DNA of 64,000 nt from IMG/VR virus record IMGVR_UViG_3300046171_000208, positions 37,694 to 101,693 of that record; one strand, given 5' to 3'. The stretch is from a virus. A program made the translations under genes and the position numbers. The notes under the pieces were generated by a model. It worked only from the letters and a program-made list of their open reading frames with translations. It was not told the origin of the DNA and made no database searches. Positions 61,289 to 64,000 of the stretch are shown here, in pieces (the stretch's first letter is position 1; the number at the start of each line of letters is the position of its first letter).

Positions 61289-61489
61289 ATGGCAAAAAGA
61301 CAAAACTACAGAAGACCCTTTCACTACAGTATTGCAGGGATGCTAACTGATGAAGAAGTGCATAAGGTATGGGAGATAGTTGGCAATGCACTTGACCGCA
61401 ATGGTTTTGTAGATGCTGATGGAGAACTATCAATCAGAGTATATGACGAAACTCTTAAGAAAAATGTCAGAATTGTGCCAGAAGTATAA
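61289..61489 (+). CDS. early hypothetical protein
   Basis: SD AGGAG, 66 aa. Confidence 0.55.
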   Translation: MAKRQNYRRPFHYSIAGMLTDEEVHKVWEIVGNALDRNGFVDADGELSIRVYDETLKKNVRIVPEV

Positions 61490-61532
61490 CTGTCACAACA
61501 GTAGTTGCAAACCAACCTATTTCGATTATAAT
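61475..61532 (+). promoter_or_regulatory. early promoter element
   Basis: GTGCCA-N10-TGTCAC-N30-TATAAT. Confidence 0.85.
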
Positions 61533-61557
61533 AGGTATATACAAAGGAAAAACCCCT

Positions 61558-62809
61558 ATGACCGCAAAAATGGAAATCCTACCTGATGACGGAACAGCAA
61601 TACTGTTCACAGTATCAGAAACATTAGGTATGCACTTTTGGATTGATGAAGATGCAGTTTTTATGTCAGCACCATCATACGCTACTGGCGATGGTTGTGA
61701 TATGGACAATGCAATCGCAGTTTCAGATTGGGAATCATTCACAGAGTTGACACCTGATGAGTTATCTCACTTATTCGGATATGTATTCACAATGTGCGTA
61801 CTCAAGAGAGACTATGTAAAAGTTGGTTATTATTCAAAAGCATTTGGAGGAACAAACAATGACTAAAACAAAATTTATCTTTGAAGAGAAGTTCATCTCT
61901 TATGCAAATGTTGAAATCTATGCAGAGAATGAAGAAGATGCAAGACTACAGTTTCAAAATGGAAACTATCAGTACTATGATGTATCTGACTTCACAGAAG
62001 GACACGAACTGATTAGCGTTACTGAAGAAGAACCAGTTAACTACTATCAAGGAGCATAAAAATGAAATCAGAACTTAACAGCAAAGATTATGTTACCTTT
62101 GCAAGAAAATTTGTCAAAGAGACAGTTGATATAATGGACATTGAAGAACTCAAAAGTATTGTATCTGACCACATTCACGAAATGATACAGGAAGGAGAGG
62201 ATACTTATGGTCAGGAAGGTGCATTTGAAGAAATGAAGTCTTGGGATGAAGGTACATTCCTTTCAGTTGCAGAAGACTTTGAATTAGAATTGGAGGGAGT
62301 ATAATGATTACATCATTTTTGACAGGAGTTGCAGTCGCAGTTCCAACAGCACTTATCACAATGAAGTTACTTAACAGTTCACTCTTTATCAGTAATGAAG
62401 AACTGAAGGAAGCAAACTCAAGAATCAGTCTCATCATTAATAACCTTGATGATTTCCGAGAGGAGAGAATGAAGGACAAAATGGAAAGATTAGGCATCAC
62501 AGACAAATTAGACGAAAGACTATCCACTAAAATCAAATGAACTCACTATTTACACCCGACCAAATTCAAGACTTAAGAGAAGAGTTTATTGAATTTGAAA
62601 TCAATGATATGTCAACAGAGGAAATGGCATCATTCATTCGTAATCAAAAGTTAAAGGAATATAACCTTTATGATGAGGATATGTTGAGACAAGAGATTGA
62701 TGAGTATGACGAAAACTTGTATGAGATACTCGCATCTTATGTACTTGATGAACCAGACTCTTATTACAATATGTTAGATTTTATGAATGATAGGATGGAA
62801 TCAGTATAA
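61558..62809 (+). other. run of five small early hypothetical genes (61558-61866, about 61859-62059, 62062-62304, 62304-62540, 62537-62809)
   Basis: Coupled ORFs with SD motifs downstream of an early element. Confidence 0.65.
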
Positions 62810-63335
62810 TGCCACTTATTAATCTATCAAAAGAAGAGTTAAGGAAGATTGAATTTTATCTGATGGGAGACACACATCCACTTGTTGTCAGCATCCTTGA
62901 AAAGATTAAAAATCTGGATGATGTATGTGAATGTGGAGGTCAAACCAATTGATATATAATACATCACAAACAGAGTAGTTACAATGTCAGATGATGAAAT
63001 CAAAACCTTTATAACTACTTTGAAGTCGTTTATGCAACACGCAGACGTAGAGGAAATGAACTACTTACGCAGAGAATCTACACGCAAGTATAAACAACTA
63101 TACTATAAGAGTCAAGCAAAATTGCATAATGTCTCTTATGACTATTACCTATCAGAATTTACTTAAGGAGTTACACAATGAGTCGCAAGTACAGAGTTGA
63201 GCAAAAGTTTACTACAGGATGGGGTTTAGTAAGTGAACATTCATTTAAACTATCCAAAGATGAAGCAAAGAAAACTTTAGAAGAATTAATGAATGAGGGT
63301 GTTAACCCAGATGACTTAAGAGCAATTCCCGATTA

Positions 63336-63653
63336 ATGTACGAACCACAAGTCGATGATTACGTCAAGTGGACTACCAAATTAGGTATGGTTCACGAAGG
63401 ATGGGTTTATTTAAATGTAACCTACACCCCAGAAAGAGGGTTCCGAAAGGCAGAGCATTATATAACCATTGAACTTGGAGTTAAGGATATGCCTTACAAA
63501 CAGGCAAAGACATCATTACATAAGAAGAATCACGTTTTATTACTATGCTATCATTGGAACTGGAATGAATTAGAATATGTCACGAATCGTAGAGATAGTA
63601 TAGATGTTCAGATGTATCACTCGCAAGAAGGTAGATACGCAGACGTTCAATAG
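63336..63653 (+). CDS. conserved cyanophage hypothetical protein
   Basis: MYEPQVDDYVKW...EGWVY...YITIELGV...HVLLLCY. Confidence 0.65.
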   Translation: MYEPQVDDYVKWTTKLGMVHEGWVYLNVTYTPERGFRKAEHYITIELGVKDMPYKQAKTSLHKKNHVLLLCYHWNWNELEYVTNRRDSIDVQMYHSQEGRYADVQ

Positions 63654-64000
63654 TACTCATAGTCTATCCCTCTCGCATACCAGAGAGAATCGCTGAATTT
63701 TATAGAGTGGTCTATCGAGGGGCTAGCGAGGTCAAATTTTATAAGACACTACCAAGATATGATAAATCATACATACCTTTGTATGGTCTGTTCGGAGACT
63801 TGTAAGTAATTTTAAAGAGATAAAACCAGAAGGATATAAGAGTCACGAAGAGTCGTAGAAAGTTGTAAGAATTAAGTGTCGCAAGATGAGAATGAGAGCG
63901 TATATAAGATTGTAGAGGAAATGAGCGTAGTGTGATATAAGTCATACAATATACAGCAAGAATGATACATAATAACAATGTTTTTACCCCTATAATCTGT

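Noticed and set aside
47832-61532. CRISPR array or integron attC sites
   Set aside because: Repeats are degenerate, 0.6-4 kb apart and tied to -10 boxes; no cas operon or integrase in the window
63654-64000. Purine-skewed non-coding stretch as an origin or ncRNA
   Set aside because: Only weak hairpins, truncated by the window edge; not enough evidence

Overview
64 kb of an AT-rich (about 33-35% GC by eye) T4-like marine cyanomyovirus genome, probably infecting Prochlorococcus. Evidence: phage CP12, phoH, thyX, gp32/33/59, baseplate genes, T4-type late promoters and host-like small proteins. Layout: tail-fibre block (1-10.7 kb); glutaredoxin, a nitrogen-sensing riboswitch locus, thyX, a halogenase, phoH and the gp33-gp59-gp32 core (10.7-20.1 kb); baseplate block (20.1-32.5 kb); giant fibre genes ending in a Gly-rich adhesin-like gene (33-42 kb); a 2OG-Fe(II) oxygenase, methyltransferase and helicase island (42-51 kb); an early region of small genes punctuated by a repeated palindrome+TATAAT promoter element (47.8-64 kb). 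The most unusual signal is a tandem glutamine-II (Downstream-peptide) riboswitch whose first aptamer has a whole 64-codon ORF inside its P2 loop, with the start- and stop-codon flanks pairing to each other. It sits behind an NtcA box and ahead of a DUF4278-like peptide. Other signals: a candidate -1 frameshift joining gp26 to gp51; a structured ~105-nt early leader RNA; near absence of GATC over the last 16 kb. Several single-base frameshifts look like sequencing indels. All calls are from reading the sequence; no database searches were run.
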